In this document: piece after piece, positions 1 through 11,398 of the stretch | How the letters are laid out: each line of letters starts with the position of its first letter | How positions within the stretch are numbered: position 1 is the first letter of the stretch | From: Octopus bimaculoides | Lineage: Eukaryota | Assembly: GCF_001194135.2 (NCBI RefSeq) | Contig: NC_068983.1 | Coordinates: forward strand, 14,630,705 to 14,694,704 | Length of the DNA: 64,000 bases | Reading direction: 5' to 3' | The notes under the pieces: model-generated | Told to the model about the DNA's origin: nothing | What the model saw: the letters and a program-made list of their open reading frames with translations, nothing else | Databases searched by the model: none | Translations under genes and position numbers: made by a program

Positions 1-913
1 GAGGTACTGACAAGAGACCGGAATTTTGCAGTATTATTCTATTCATTTAGTTTTACATGCTTACACTTTTATCGCCTTCAAAGCAATGCATCGGTCCAGA
101 TGCATTTTCCACTGTTCGAAGCAGTGTCGGAACTCTTGCCAAGTGCCCTTTAACGCATCCGTTTCTTTCTTCACAGCTTCCACATCTGCAAATACGGTAG
201 TGCCAAATTTCGCTACCAGTGCTGACCTTCGAAAAAAGTTTCGGATCAACTTCCAGTTGTTCTTTTAGTTTACGACATGCATTCTGTCATGACTACTTTT
301 CTTCTTCCAAGAGCAAGTGAGGCACAAATTTTGATGCATCTCTTTTTATTCACAATTACTCGCTCAGAATTTCTTTGGCAGGAGCCCCAGAACGCACTAG
401 TCATATCAACAAATTCATCAATTGTTCGGCGATTGTTCTTCACGATCAGTTCATGAACGTTCATTCGCTCGGTAGGTCGACGGCCGCCTTGATGGAGGTT
501 GGTGTTCAAGCGACAAGTGGCCATTCCAAAAGCGTGAAAACCACTCGTAAACTTGTGCTTTGCTCATGGTAGCGTCTTTGCAAGCTGTTCGAAACATGAC
601 AAATGTTTCGGTCACTGTTTTCCCCAGAAAACAGAATTTCACGGAAACACGCTGTTTCTTCGTTTCAGCCATCGCAAAAATCGACGAACAGGGGAGAAGT
701 ACGTCAAAGAAAAAAAAAAGAAAAAAAGAAAAAAAAAAGGAAAAAAAAAAGAATAAAAAAGAAAGACACACAACGTGGCTGCAGAACTACAAACGACGAC
801 GCTGGTTGGCAGATTGATTTCTGAGTGTCGCATCAAGAGGCTTCTAGCGGCGGAAGCGTGAACTACAACGAGCATGTCCCATAGATAACGTTTCCATTTA
901 CTTTTGGGTAACC

Positions 914-917
<4 letters not shown>
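1..917 (-). mobile_element. Degenerate, internally deleted mariner-family DNA transposon
   Basis: Minus-strand remnants: N-terminal HTH (MAETKKQRVSVKFCFLGKTVTETF...QVYEWFSRF...RRPST, ATG at 672), then EQLEVDPKLFSKVSTGSEIWHY (decayed TGDETW first catalytic motif), joined directly to the C-terminus (FADVEAVKK...FEQWKMHLDRCIA). The right end reads ...TTTTGGGTAACCCTCA|TA, and a weakly matching TIR starts at base 1. Frameshifts and an A-rich tract at about 708-771. Confidence 0.9.
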
Positions 918-958
<41 letters not shown>

Positions 959-960
<2 letters not shown>

Positions 961-1170
961 GAGAATATACAAAAAATAACAACAGACGAGGACAGGTGGT
1001 GTAAATAACAAAAGTATATATTAGTATGACGCTCGGGAATACGGAAAGTCTTTGACGTTTCGAGCTACGCTCTTCAACAGAAAGAATACGGAGACAAGGA
1101 GAAAAACACGGAGAAAAAAAATTGAATAGTGTTCAGTCAACGGTCAATCATAATAATGGCCGATCATAAA
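959..1170 (-). mobile_element. Penelope-like element (pLTR-type) remnant
   Basis: A short segment flanked by (TA)n that carries a minimal hammerhead-like motif, which is typical of Penelope-like element repeats. No RT or GIY-YIG coding sequence is visible. Confidence 0.5.
1049..1085 (-). ncRNA. Minimal type I hammerhead ribozyme-like motif (variant core)
   Basis: Minus strand reads UCUUU-CUGUUGA-A-GAGC(GUA)GCUC-GAAAC-GUC-AAAGA. This gives a 5-bp stem I, a 4-bp stem II, a palindromic ACGU stem III and a GUC cleavage triplet. The core has U where the conserved A6 should be. Confidence 0.6.
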
Positions 1171-1222
1171 TATATATATATACATATATAACAATATTTT
1201 ATTATATTATATTATATAAGTA

Positions 1223-1262
<40 letters not shown>

Positions 1263-2297
1263 ACTTCTGCAAAACCATCTGCTCGTCTTATAGGTAACCG
1301 GATATGCGTGCTGTATGCGTGCAGGTGAATATTTGAGCGTTTCAATATTTTCTACATTTTATTTTTCATAGTCACATACAATGAAACATTATATTCGCTC
1401 ATTCGATTTTTTCATTAGACGGATAGATGTCTATAGGCAACGAAACTTCACAATCATATATCACACTTAGGCTGTCATAATAAAATCGATTATAGACACT
1501 TCCCAATTTATTATACAATATATTCTACCAGTATATCTTATGAGGGAAGGAATGAATTCCAGTCACTAGATTTTGATGATAAAAGAGACTGCAGCTAAAT
1601 TTATCGCTATTATTAAAGTCAGTATTTAGATATTAATAGCTTTCTTCCATACTCAATGTATACACTTAATTTTAGGATATATATATCTATGTATATGTAT
1701 GTATATGCGTGTGTATTGAAAGAAATATATGAGCAAATATGTATCAAGCAGCTATACATTCACAGAGAAAAACACGCAAACGTGTGAGTGTGTGTGTGCC
1801 TGTTTGTGTTGAAGAAAAGACTAGCATTTCATCGCCAGTAAGTTTAATCACTGCATGAAGAAATAGACAGAACGATAATTGTGTCATACACTTCATTATT
1901 CCGTCATCTGTTTAATATAAATCTTTGCTTTAACTCTGTACGTCATCCTTGTATTCTGAGACACCAAATCTAACACCATACGAAATAGTATGCATTAGTA
2001 TTATTATTATTCAACATCTTACGAGGAAGTTTTGTATGGCAATTCTCCTGTGAAACAGGGGCCAAATCTCTTTGAGACCACACTATTGTCTCCTAAGTAG
2101 AGTAATGCGGAGAGACCGAAGGTCGAAATAGAACATCAGTAGTAGAAAATATTCTTTCTCTGCTCCATTCTAGTTCGTTTTCTCTCTGGAATTGTGAAAT
2201 GAAGATATTTTACGCATAAAATAAGAAGGAAATTGATTGAGAGTAAACGGGTAGAGGTTTTCACTCTTATTTCAGTTTCCCTTCAATCGTTCTGGAG

Positions 2298-2514
2298 TAC
2301 TCTTACTCTTTTACTCTTTTACTTGTTTCAGTCAGTTGAGTGCGGCCATGCTGGAGCACCGCCTTTAGTCGAGCAAATCGACCACAGGACTTATTCTTTG
2401 GAAGCCTAGTACTTATTCTATCGGTCTGTTTTGCCGAATCACCAAGTTACGGGGACGTAAACACACCACCATCGGTTGTCAAGCGATGTTGGGGGGACAA
2501 ACACAGACACACAA

Positions 2515-2593
<79 letters not shown>

Positions 2594-2762
2594 CATATAC
2601 ATATATATGACGGGCTTCTTTCAGTTTCCGTCTACCAAATCCAATCACAAGGCTTTGGTCAGCCCGAGGCTATAGTAGAAGACACTTGCCCAAGGTGCCA
2701 TGCAGTGGGAATGAACCCGGAACCATGTGGTTGGTAAGCTAGCTACTTACACACAGCCACTC
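2298..2762 (-). mobile_element. tRNA-derived SINE, family A (CORE-like segment plus internal (TA)n), near full length
   Basis: tRNA-like head (GGTTCATTCCC), then GGCACCTTGGGCAAGTGTCTTCT (CORE-like), an internal microsatellite and an (AAAGAGT)n-type tail. Collinear with the copy at 21733-22132. Confidence 0.85.
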
Positions 2763-3618
2763 GTGGATTATAATGAATTACAAACTTGCATGAGGGAAGA
2801 GACACACGTGGAACGCTAGGGAGAAAAACGGTGGAGACAATGCGGTCCGTTTGAAAAAGGATTAACACTAGCATTTGCATAAACAGTTATTTACAAAGCT
2901 CGTCTTGGGTTAACATTGAATGTAATTTATTCAGAAGAATTGCAGTGTGAATTTCACCTCAAAATAGATCCATCCTCTTTTATAGCTAAAACCAAATATT
3001 TATATTGGATTCAAATTTCGTAAAATAGCACAACTCTGTGAGATTTATTTCACTAAAAATAGCTGTCTAGATTAAGACCGACAAAAATCCTACTTCCCTG
3101 CAGAGTAAACGCATTTTACTCATCAGTTAAGTAACAGAATGCCGGAGAAGACTACAAATTTATATTCACACCAACGTTAAATAACATCCATGAAAAGAAT
3201 ATTGGTGTCCAAATTCCTAATGATATATGTTTGTGTGCCTGTGTGTGTGTGTAACAGCAAGGTCTGAAGGACGCGCATTGTAACAAGACATCTTCGATGC
3301 AAATCTGATAAAGCACCTCTCTAATGTCTTAGACCGCAAACATTACGTGATTTTTTTTCATTTAAAATTTTTGCGTTAACTCGCGTTGCAAATAGATTTG
3401 GAAACAATTGTAACTTATAATTAAACAGGTGTTAAATACTTTTCTTCTTCTTCTTCCTTTGATTGGATGATATGTATGTGTATATATATACATATACAAA
3501 ATAAATAAGGCAGCTATATGCAATATACAACCAAAAAGGAAAAATTCATTTGTCACTAATTATAACTGAGGGTAATATCCGGTATTTCCATTCACAATTA
3601 GTGACAATTGGATTTTTC

Positions 3619-3655
<37 letters not shown>

Positions 3656-3658
<3 letters not shown>

Positions 3659-3833
3659 GCTTAGCGGTATTTCGTTTGTCTTTACGTGCTGAGTTCAAAT
3701 TCCGCCGAGGTCAACTTTAACGTTCATCATTTCGGGGTCGATAAATTAAGTACCAGTTGCCTACTGGGGTCGATCTAATTGACTGACCCTCTCACCCAAA
3801 ATTTCGGGCCTTGTGCCTAGAGTAGAAAAGGAT
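3656..3833 (+). mobile_element. SINE family B, 5'-truncated
   Basis: B-box GAGTTCAAATTCC, central GGGGTCGATAAATTAAGTACCAGTT, 3' GGCCTTGTGCCTAGAGTAGAAAAGGAT. Confidence 0.85.
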
Positions 3834-4269
3834 ATATATTGCAATAAATACTGAATGACCTGACATTTTATGGCGAAGGTAATCGATCATCGATGAATAT
3901 TGATGAAGAGCAATTTTGTCACTTTTATCCGAGGTCTAAGACGTTGAATTAAACTAGAATAAATATTAATTTCGTTTTTGGATTTGGTTTGCATGATTTT
4001 GTATGTGATTTCGTGTGTTGAAGCATATTCTGTTGTGTCTGGGGAGAGTCATTTTCTTATTGTGCCTTGAAATTTAACACACTCACCGTTAAAATTTCCA
4101 CTTGTTTCTTATTTTTATTTTCCTAAAATTTTCGTTGCGTCTTGCAAACTTATCAATAGTCTTGAATGTCCCAAAAAGGAAAAATTCATTTGTCACTAAT
4201 TATAACTGAGGGTAATATCCGGCACCTCCAATCACAATTAGTGACAATTGGATTTTTCCTTATATATAT

Positions 4270-4449
4270 AATGCTTAGCGGTATTTCGCTTGTCTTTACG
4301 TTCTGAGTTCAAATTCCGCCGAGGTCAACTTTGTCTCTCATCCTTTCGGGGGTCAATAAATTAAGTACCAGTTGCCTACTGAGGGTCGATCTAATTGACT
4401 GTCCCCCTCCCCCAAAATTTCGTGCCTTGTGCCTAGAGTAGAAAAGGAT
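4270..4449 (+). mobile_element. SINE family B, 5'-truncated (duplicate of 3656-3833)
   Basis: Same motifs and same truncation point as 3656-3833. Confidence 0.85.
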
Positions 4450-4599
4450 ATATATTGCAATAAATACTGAATGACCTGGCATTTTATGGCGAAGGTAAGG
4501 GATCATCGATGAATATTGATGAAGAGCCACCTTGTCACTTTTATTCGAGATCTAAGACGTTGAATTAAACTATAATAAATATTAATTTATTTAAGAGAA

Positions 4600-5010
4600 A
4601 TTACAGTAGAATATTGCTCTCCTATCTGGGAAGATGCTACTACTGCCAACAGAATCCTACCATGTTGCAAAGAAACCAGGAATTTGGTTTCATTTCCTTT
4701 CCACACTATAAAAGAGCTTTATTTCTTTGAAACAAGAGAGAAGTGTCTTCTCTATAATGAGGCCCAGTCGAACAATCAACCTCTCCTCTTCTCATACCTT
4801 TCTCAACATTTACACTTTCATTTCCCCATTCATTCTTCCAACGGGACACGCCCATATTATTATTTTTTTTCTTTGTATATATTATACTACAGGCGTTCAA
4901 CCTGTTACATTAAACCAACTAGTGTTGGAGACCTAGCAAAGGTGACAGGCACTATATTTTCTCTTCTGTCTAGATTTAAACATATAATTACTGCAAACAA
5001 TAAAAAAAAG
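4600..5010 (+). mobile_element. Probable CR1-like LINE 3' remnant
   Basis: Reads EYCSPIW at about 4607 and later HSFFQR, resembling the EYxSxIW and SFFPRT motifs of CR1-group RT C-termini. Ends in AATAAAAAAAA. Heavily decayed. Confidence 0.4.
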
Positions 5011-5317
5011 TAAACGATTGTGTTTTGTTATTGTTGTGTTTGAAATTATACAGTTTTTCAGGTTAGCTTTAACAACATTTCATTTTACTTCCTTAACCTC
5101 GGCTAAAATTCAAATTAAATGAGGATTATATTTGTATTTTTCAAACAAAGAATTATTTTGTAAAAGGGTTATATTATTTTGTTTTCATGTTTACTATTTA
5201 TAATTCTTATTATGAAAATGTTGCTGTGTTTTATAATTTACTGTTACAGACAAACAAACACTGCAAATACGAGTATATATTAATAAAATTAAAATACAAA
5301 GACAATAATACTTACAG

Positions 5318-5615
5318 AAACGCTACAGATGGTTCTCCCAGAGGAATAGATGGAGAGAGAAAGAGAGAGAGAGAAACAATAAGAGGAAGATAGTAAGAGA
5401 GAGAAGGAGAGCCAGTCGAAGAGAGCGTGGCAAAGGGAAAAAATATAGAGAGATGGTGAGAGAATGAGAGAGACAAAACAAAGAAGAAAGAGAAAGACAA
5501 AGAGTAAAAGATAGTGTGAGAAACAGTGAAAAAAGGAAGAGAAAAGACCGGAGTGACTGAAAGGGAGAATGAAAGAAGATGGAGAGAGAGAGAGAGAGCG
5601 AGAGCGAGAGAGAGA
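5318..5615 (+). repeat. Degenerate GA-rich purine tract
   Basis: About 300 bp of (GA)n/(GAAA)-like low-complexity sequence. It accounts for ORFs 5289-5621 and 5312-5500. Confidence 0.9.
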
Positions 5616-5879
5616 ACTCAAAGAAGAGCCAAAACGTTCGTGTTCTTTATACTTCGCGATGTAAAAATATTACACTTATTGGTTACGGTTTCGAACTGAA
5701 CCATAAAGTTTCTTCATTGCTTTCTGACTCTCAGACTGACAATGGTTTGCAAATCATTAGAGACCAAGTGGTCTATCTATTTACCTTTCTATAGCTAGAT
5801 ATATAGATAAATAAATAGAGTCGTGAACAGACCAGATTCGAGAGAAACTGAAAGTAGTCAACTTGTAACGTATTGGTTT

Positions 5880-6293
5880 AGAATTTTGGACCAGGGCCAA
5901 ATATTTTGAAGGAGGTGGTTAATCGATTAACTACCAGTGCTCAACTGTTACTAATTTCATCAATCCCTAGAAGAGATGAAAGGCAAGGTCAACCTCGGCG
6001 GAATTTGAATTCTGTACGTGAAGCCGGATGAAATGCCTCTAAGCATTTTGATTTGTGCCCTAACGATTCTTTCTCCTTTTTTTTTTACTCAAGGCACAAG
6101 GCCCGAAACTTTAAGGGAGGGGACCAGTCGACTAGATCGACTCCAGTACGCAACTGGTACTTAATTTATCAACCTCGAAGAGATGAAAGGCAAAGTCGAC
6201 CTCGGTGGAATTTGAACTGAGACTGTAAAGACAGACTAAATACCGCTAGGCATTTCGCCTGGCGTGCTAACGATTCTTCCAGCCCGCCACCTT
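5880..6293 (-). mobile_element. Two co-oriented family B SINEs (about 5880-6070 and 6082-6293)
   Basis: Each contains the reverse complement of the B-box and core (GATGAAAGGCAA.GTC.ACCTCGG.GGAATTTGAA). Confidence 0.85.
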
Positions 6294-6494
6294 ATACTTT
6301 GTGATATATTAAATATACTTATCCACTCTAGCTAAGGTACATTTGGGTTACCACAACTGAAATAACTAACTTTTCTCTGTGCAAGATATGAGTAGGGTTC
6401 AACTCATTTTAATTAGATACTAATGATCAATGACGGTTCAATCAGTCGACTGTATATATCCGCATGAAAAAGATACGCATGAGAATATTAAAAC

Positions 6495-6790
6495 ACCGCT
6501 GACGAAATCGTTAGCGCAGCAGACAAAATGCTGAGCATCATTTCTATGGTAGCAAGCCAGCAAAATCGTTAGCTAGCGGAACAAAAAGATGAACGTTATT
6601 TCCAAAGAGGTGATGAGTTGGTAAAATCGTTACCATGTCGGACAAAATCTTTAGCAGAGATTTTTACGTTCTGAGTTCAAGTTTGCCTGTCATCTCTTCA
6701 TAGCCGGTCAAATAATATGCCAGACATGTGGTGGGGACGATTTAATAGAGTAATGCCCGACTCCTAAAACTTGTGTGAAAATTTGAAACC
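6495..6790 (+). mobile_element. Degenerate family B SINE with a triplicated 5' head
   Basis: Three ~60-bp units, each AAATCGTTA(G/C)C...(G/A)ACAAAA, precede a single TACGTTCTGAGTTCAAG B-box. Confidence 0.6.
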
Positions 6791-7984
6791 ATTGTTATAT
6801 TCCACACGTAATCCTCCCCACTTCCCAATAAATGCGCAAAATCATAGATTTTCAATGAATACGTGTATTTAACAATGCCTAGCGTAATTTGTCATATTGT
6901 TTATATCCTATATAATAGTAAAAGTTGAATGTTTTTCAAAATTAGATGCCTTTACAGACTTCAGCTTCTACCAAAAGTCACGTAGCGATATTTACAATCG
7001 GCACAATCTATGCTGCTGAGGAAAATATAATTCATGATAAGTAGTTAGCTGAAGTAGATTGCGAGATAAGAAATACAAACACAATGATACATAAATCAAA
7101 TATTATCACTTCATGGGTAATTGATCTCTTCAGCGTGAAACGTTGCAACACTTATGTAAAATTTCAGATACAACTCAACTGCATTTTACATCTATCCAGA
7201 GAAGAGAGTGTGGAGTGGAGTTGATGCAGGAAATATAGATGTTTATCGAGAGAAGTTTACGGTAGCATAATGATAGAGAAGGGTAACTGAAAATATGTAT
7301 CGTTATATTAATGATTATGTCATAACAGTCATTAAATAATTTTAATTACTTCATCCCTTCATCCTTACGTCATCAACTGCCGAGCATGAATAACTGTCGT
7401 TCCTTTATCAAGTCCAGACTTTTTCTTTTAGGATGATGCATTCCTCGAACATAGGATCATTACAAATGTGATGATACTTTAAACTGAACGAATGAAGTTC
7501 CCAGTCGTTACACTGTTTGCGTTTGTCATTGTAGTTTGTTTCATAATACAGAGACAAAACACCAGGACATAAAAAAAACAAAAACAAAAAACTTTCAGTT
7601 ATGTCCCTTCGTTGTCTGACTTCAAATCAACTTACATCCATTTCGGACATTCAGTCTCCTTTGACCAATAAAACTTATATTAATGAAACACTGCATCTGT
7701 GGAATGAATTGATATTACTCCTTCCTTGCGTCCGTGTGTTTTGTACCATTCTTTAGAAATTGTAAAATCAATTAATCTGACGAATGAGTCCCTACGCATC
7801 TTTTTGTGTTCTAAAGACAGCAATTGAATTTCTCACAAATCACATTCTACTATATTTAATATAAATATTAAAACGGTAGGAAACATTGAACAATATACAA
7901 AAGAACGTGATGACCCTACCTAGAACGTCTTGGAATTTAAATCTGATTGAGCAGGGCTTATAGGGATTAATCAGTCATAATAAT

Positions 7985-8200
7985 ACTTTCTACTTAAGGG
8001 CAAAAGGGCTGAAATTTTGTGGTAAAGCCCAATTGACTACATCAACTTTAGTGCTCAACTGGTACTTAATTTATAAATTCCAAAATGATAAATGGTAAAG
8101 TCGACTTTGGCAGAATCTTATCTTACAATGCAAATAGCTGGAAGAAATGCTGCTGAATATTGTCTGGCGTATGAAGAATTCTGTGAGCCTAAAGAAAAGA
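7985..8200 (-). mobile_element. Old family B SINE
   Basis: Contains CAACTGGTACTTAATTTAT and AAAGTCGACTTTGGCAGAAT, matching the reverse complement of family B. Confidence 0.65.
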
Positions 8201-8270
8201 ACATATTTAGATTGCTTTGTCATTTGCATATTAAAAAAAATTTAAAAACTTACATCTGTAAGAAGTTTGT

Positions 8271-8414
8271 TTCCCGACTACATAGTTCCTGGTTCAGTTT
8301 CACTGCGTGGTACCTTGGGCGATTGTTTTTTCTATAGCCTTGGGAAGACCAAAGCCTTGTTAGTGGATTTGGTAGACGGAAACTGGAAGAAGCCCGTCGT
8401 ATGTTTGTATGTCG

Positions 8415-8420
<6 letters not shown>
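8271..8420 (+). mobile_element. SINE family A, 5' half, running into (TA)n and a gap
   Basis: CTGCGTGGTACCTTGGGC...GGATTTGGTAGACGGAAACTGGAAGAAGCCCGTCGTA. Confidence 0.8.
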
Positions 8421-8455
<35 letters not shown>

Positions 8456-9402
8456 NNNNNNNNNNNNNNNNNNNNNNNNNNNNNNNNNNNNNNNNNNNNN
8501 NNNNNNNNNNNNNNNNNNNNNNNNNNNNNNNNNNNNNNNNNNNNNNNNNNNNNNNNNNNNNNNNNNNNNNNNNNNNNNNNNNNNNNNNNNNNNNNNNNNN
8601 NNNNNNNNNNNNNNNNNNNNNNNNNNNNNNNNNNNNNNNNNNNNNNNNNNNNNNNNNNNNNNNNNNNNNNNNNNNNNNNNNNNNNNNNNNNNNNNNNNNN
8701 NNNNNNNNNNNNNNNNNNNNNNNNNNNNNNNNNNNNNNNNNNNNNNNNNNNNNNNNNNNNNNNNNNNNNNNNNNNNNNNNNNNNNNNNNNNNNNNNNNNN
8801 NNNNNNNNNNNNNNNNNNNNNNNNNNNNNNNNNNNNNNNNNNNNNNNNNNNNNNNNNNNNNNNNNNNNNNNNNNNNNNNNNNNNNNNNNNNNNNNNNNNN
8901 NNNNNNNNNNNNNNNNNNNNNNNNNNNNNNNNNNNNNNNNNNNNNNNNNNNNNNNNNNNNNNNNNNNNNNNNNNNNNNNNNNNNNNNNNNNNNNNNNNNN
9001 NNNNNNNNNNNNNNNNNNNNNNNNNNNNNNNNNNNNNNNNNNNNNNNNNNNNNNNNNNNNNNNNNNNNNNNNNNNNNNNNNNNNNNNNNNNNNNNNNNNN
9101 NNNNNNNNNNNNNNNNNNNNNNNNNNNNNNNNNNNNNNNNNNNNNNNNNNNNNNNNNNNNNNNNNNNNNNNNNNNTGTCTGTAATCCGTTACAGCACTTA
9201 CCTAGTCTACCTGGTCGTTTAGATCGCCTGTGAACTAAACCCCCATATTTTGTCTTGGTTCTTTTCCCTAAAACTATATACTTATATTTTATACTGTGAA
9301 ACTTAATTTAATTTTAATTTTTAATAAATTGAATTTAATTTAGTTTTTACCTCTAAATCTGGATTTTTACACTTGTGCGTACAGACACACACGTTTGTTT
9401 TG

Positions 9403-9441
<39 letters not shown>

Positions 9442-10040
9442 ATATATACGTTGGGGCCGGGCGAACGTATGTCTCTAATAGAATAACAGGTGATGAAAGG
9501 AATAATCCTGAAACATCTTGAGTTTCTGCATACTATATTCAGACAAATGTATACACATTCGGCTTGTGTTTATATAATCGTTTCAAAATTTGCTTTTCTT
9601 GCAGTAGTAGATTCAAAAGGCTTATAATAAAACGAAATTCTAGCTACGGCTAACGAATCCTTTTCTCTAGACATATGGAACCTAAACCTACATTATTCAG
9701 TGTGTTTCGAAGAACACTATTAACGTGTGATTTGAGTGAAAATTGTCCGCTGTTTCTATTATGTCAAAAAAGCACATTGAGGCTTCTTGATTGATAACCG
9801 GTAAAACATCAGGCATTCATATAGTATTTAGAAAAAACTGGTGACACACATAGGCAATCGTTAGTGCCTTAATGTTTTAATAAGTTTTTTTTTTTTACCT
9901 TTGTATATATATATATATATATATATAAACTGAAAAACAAATAGAAATAAAGGTTTTTTTAAAATTTCGGTTTCATTTTNNNNNNNNNNNNNNNNNNNNN
10001 NNNNNNNNNNNNNNNNNNNNNNNNNNNNNNNNNNNNNNNN

Positions 10041-10086
<46 letters not shown>

Positions 10087-11191
10087 TCGTTAGTAATGCA
10101 AAAATGAAAGAGAAAGAAAATATTGTGAAACGATGAGAGAATGTTCACTGTCCTTAGACACAATGAAATAGTAATACTGTCAGATAACTGGGCTTAAATA
10201 GTTCAACTGTACAAGGTATTCCACATTGCTAGCAGTATGAAGGGCAGGTTGGTAAACTAGCTATCCTCGAACCCCTGAGACATGTTAGACAACGGTGGAC
10301 TGGGCTCAGTCGGAAGAAGGGAAGAAAGCGCGAGGCCACTCGTGTATTAAGAAGCTAACCTTAACTGAGCAGTATTGTTAAGTAGGGGACTCTTTAATCA
10401 CCCCGTATATTGCATTGAATTTATTTTCAAACTCCTTTATAAATCACCTTCATTTACCAAATATTTCAACCAAATTTTTGGCTTATTGAATAGAAATTCA
10501 GCTTTCAGAAGAGAAATTGAAAGTGCATCTGTTTTATATTGAATTTAATGTTTTCAAACATGCGCGTTCCATTTGACCTCAGCGTTAATTCTTCTGTTCG
10601 CGAGAAGTTTAAAATTCCGAATCTATCTCAGGGAATACATTCATATTTTCAAATTTACAAATAATGCTGATAAACTCTGAATTTATTCAAGATTTTTTTT
10701 GATTGGAGTTATTTTAGAAATAGCAAATTTTGAACACTGATAGTTGCAGGAAGGACATTTAGAGATGATTTGGAGTAATAAAGAATATTTTTAAACTGCA
10801 AGTTTAAATATATATTTTTAGCAGGTGAAGTTTTATGGGGATTTAAATAGAATTATAATTCAAGATTAATTCGAAAATAAATATAGCTTATCGACTGAAA
10901 TTAAAATATCTTGTAACCTAATTTTATATCAAGTTCGACATTAAAGATAAATGCAAATGATTATCGTTTAGTTTTATAAACTTGCAATTTAAATGACAAA
11001 TAAACGGTGAATTAATCTTGACTAAATTCGCTTTATTTCATTTTGTGTGTAACATTGGATATAATATTAGAGGGAACGAATGAAATGGCTTAGAAAGAAA
11101 TGGAAGAAAACGTTTAATTCTGCAGTAAAAATTCCACCCCGAGACCTGGAAATATTAATACATCACACAATATAATTGTAAAACATATTTA

Positions 11192-11366
11192 GGAATGGCA
11201 GTGTGCTAAGGGGCTTTCGTTTGAATGACATGGATTCTGGTTCTGTCCTACTGCGTAGCAACTTATGTACGTGTCTTCTGATATAAACTCAGGCAGAGCA
11301 AAGCTTTGCGAATGGGTTAGGTAGACGGAAACTGATAGGCACCCTCTTTGTGTGTGTATATATATA

Positions 11367-11398
<32 letters not shown>

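Larger units (their letters stand above)
3531..4588 (+). repeat. Local tandem duplication with 640-bp offset (3531-3972 and 4171-4588)
   Basis: Both copies start CCAAAAAGGAAAAATTCATTTGTCACTAATT and contain a hairpin element, a 5'-truncated family B SINE and the same flank. Scattered substitutions separate them. Confidence 0.95.

Noticed and set aside
3095-3128. CUGAUGA followed by a hairpin on the minus strand
   Set aside because: No GAAA follows the stem, so it is not a hammerhead.
7369-7483. Minus-strand exon-like segment with a GTAAG donor
   Set aside because: All three frames contain stop codons when translated carefully.
8267-9233. Long ORFs containing X runs (also 24671-25617, 39672-40436, 62875-63479 and others)
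   Set aside because: Their length comes from N-gaps and (TA)n/(CA)n. Only the RLE part of 39672-40436 is real coding relic.
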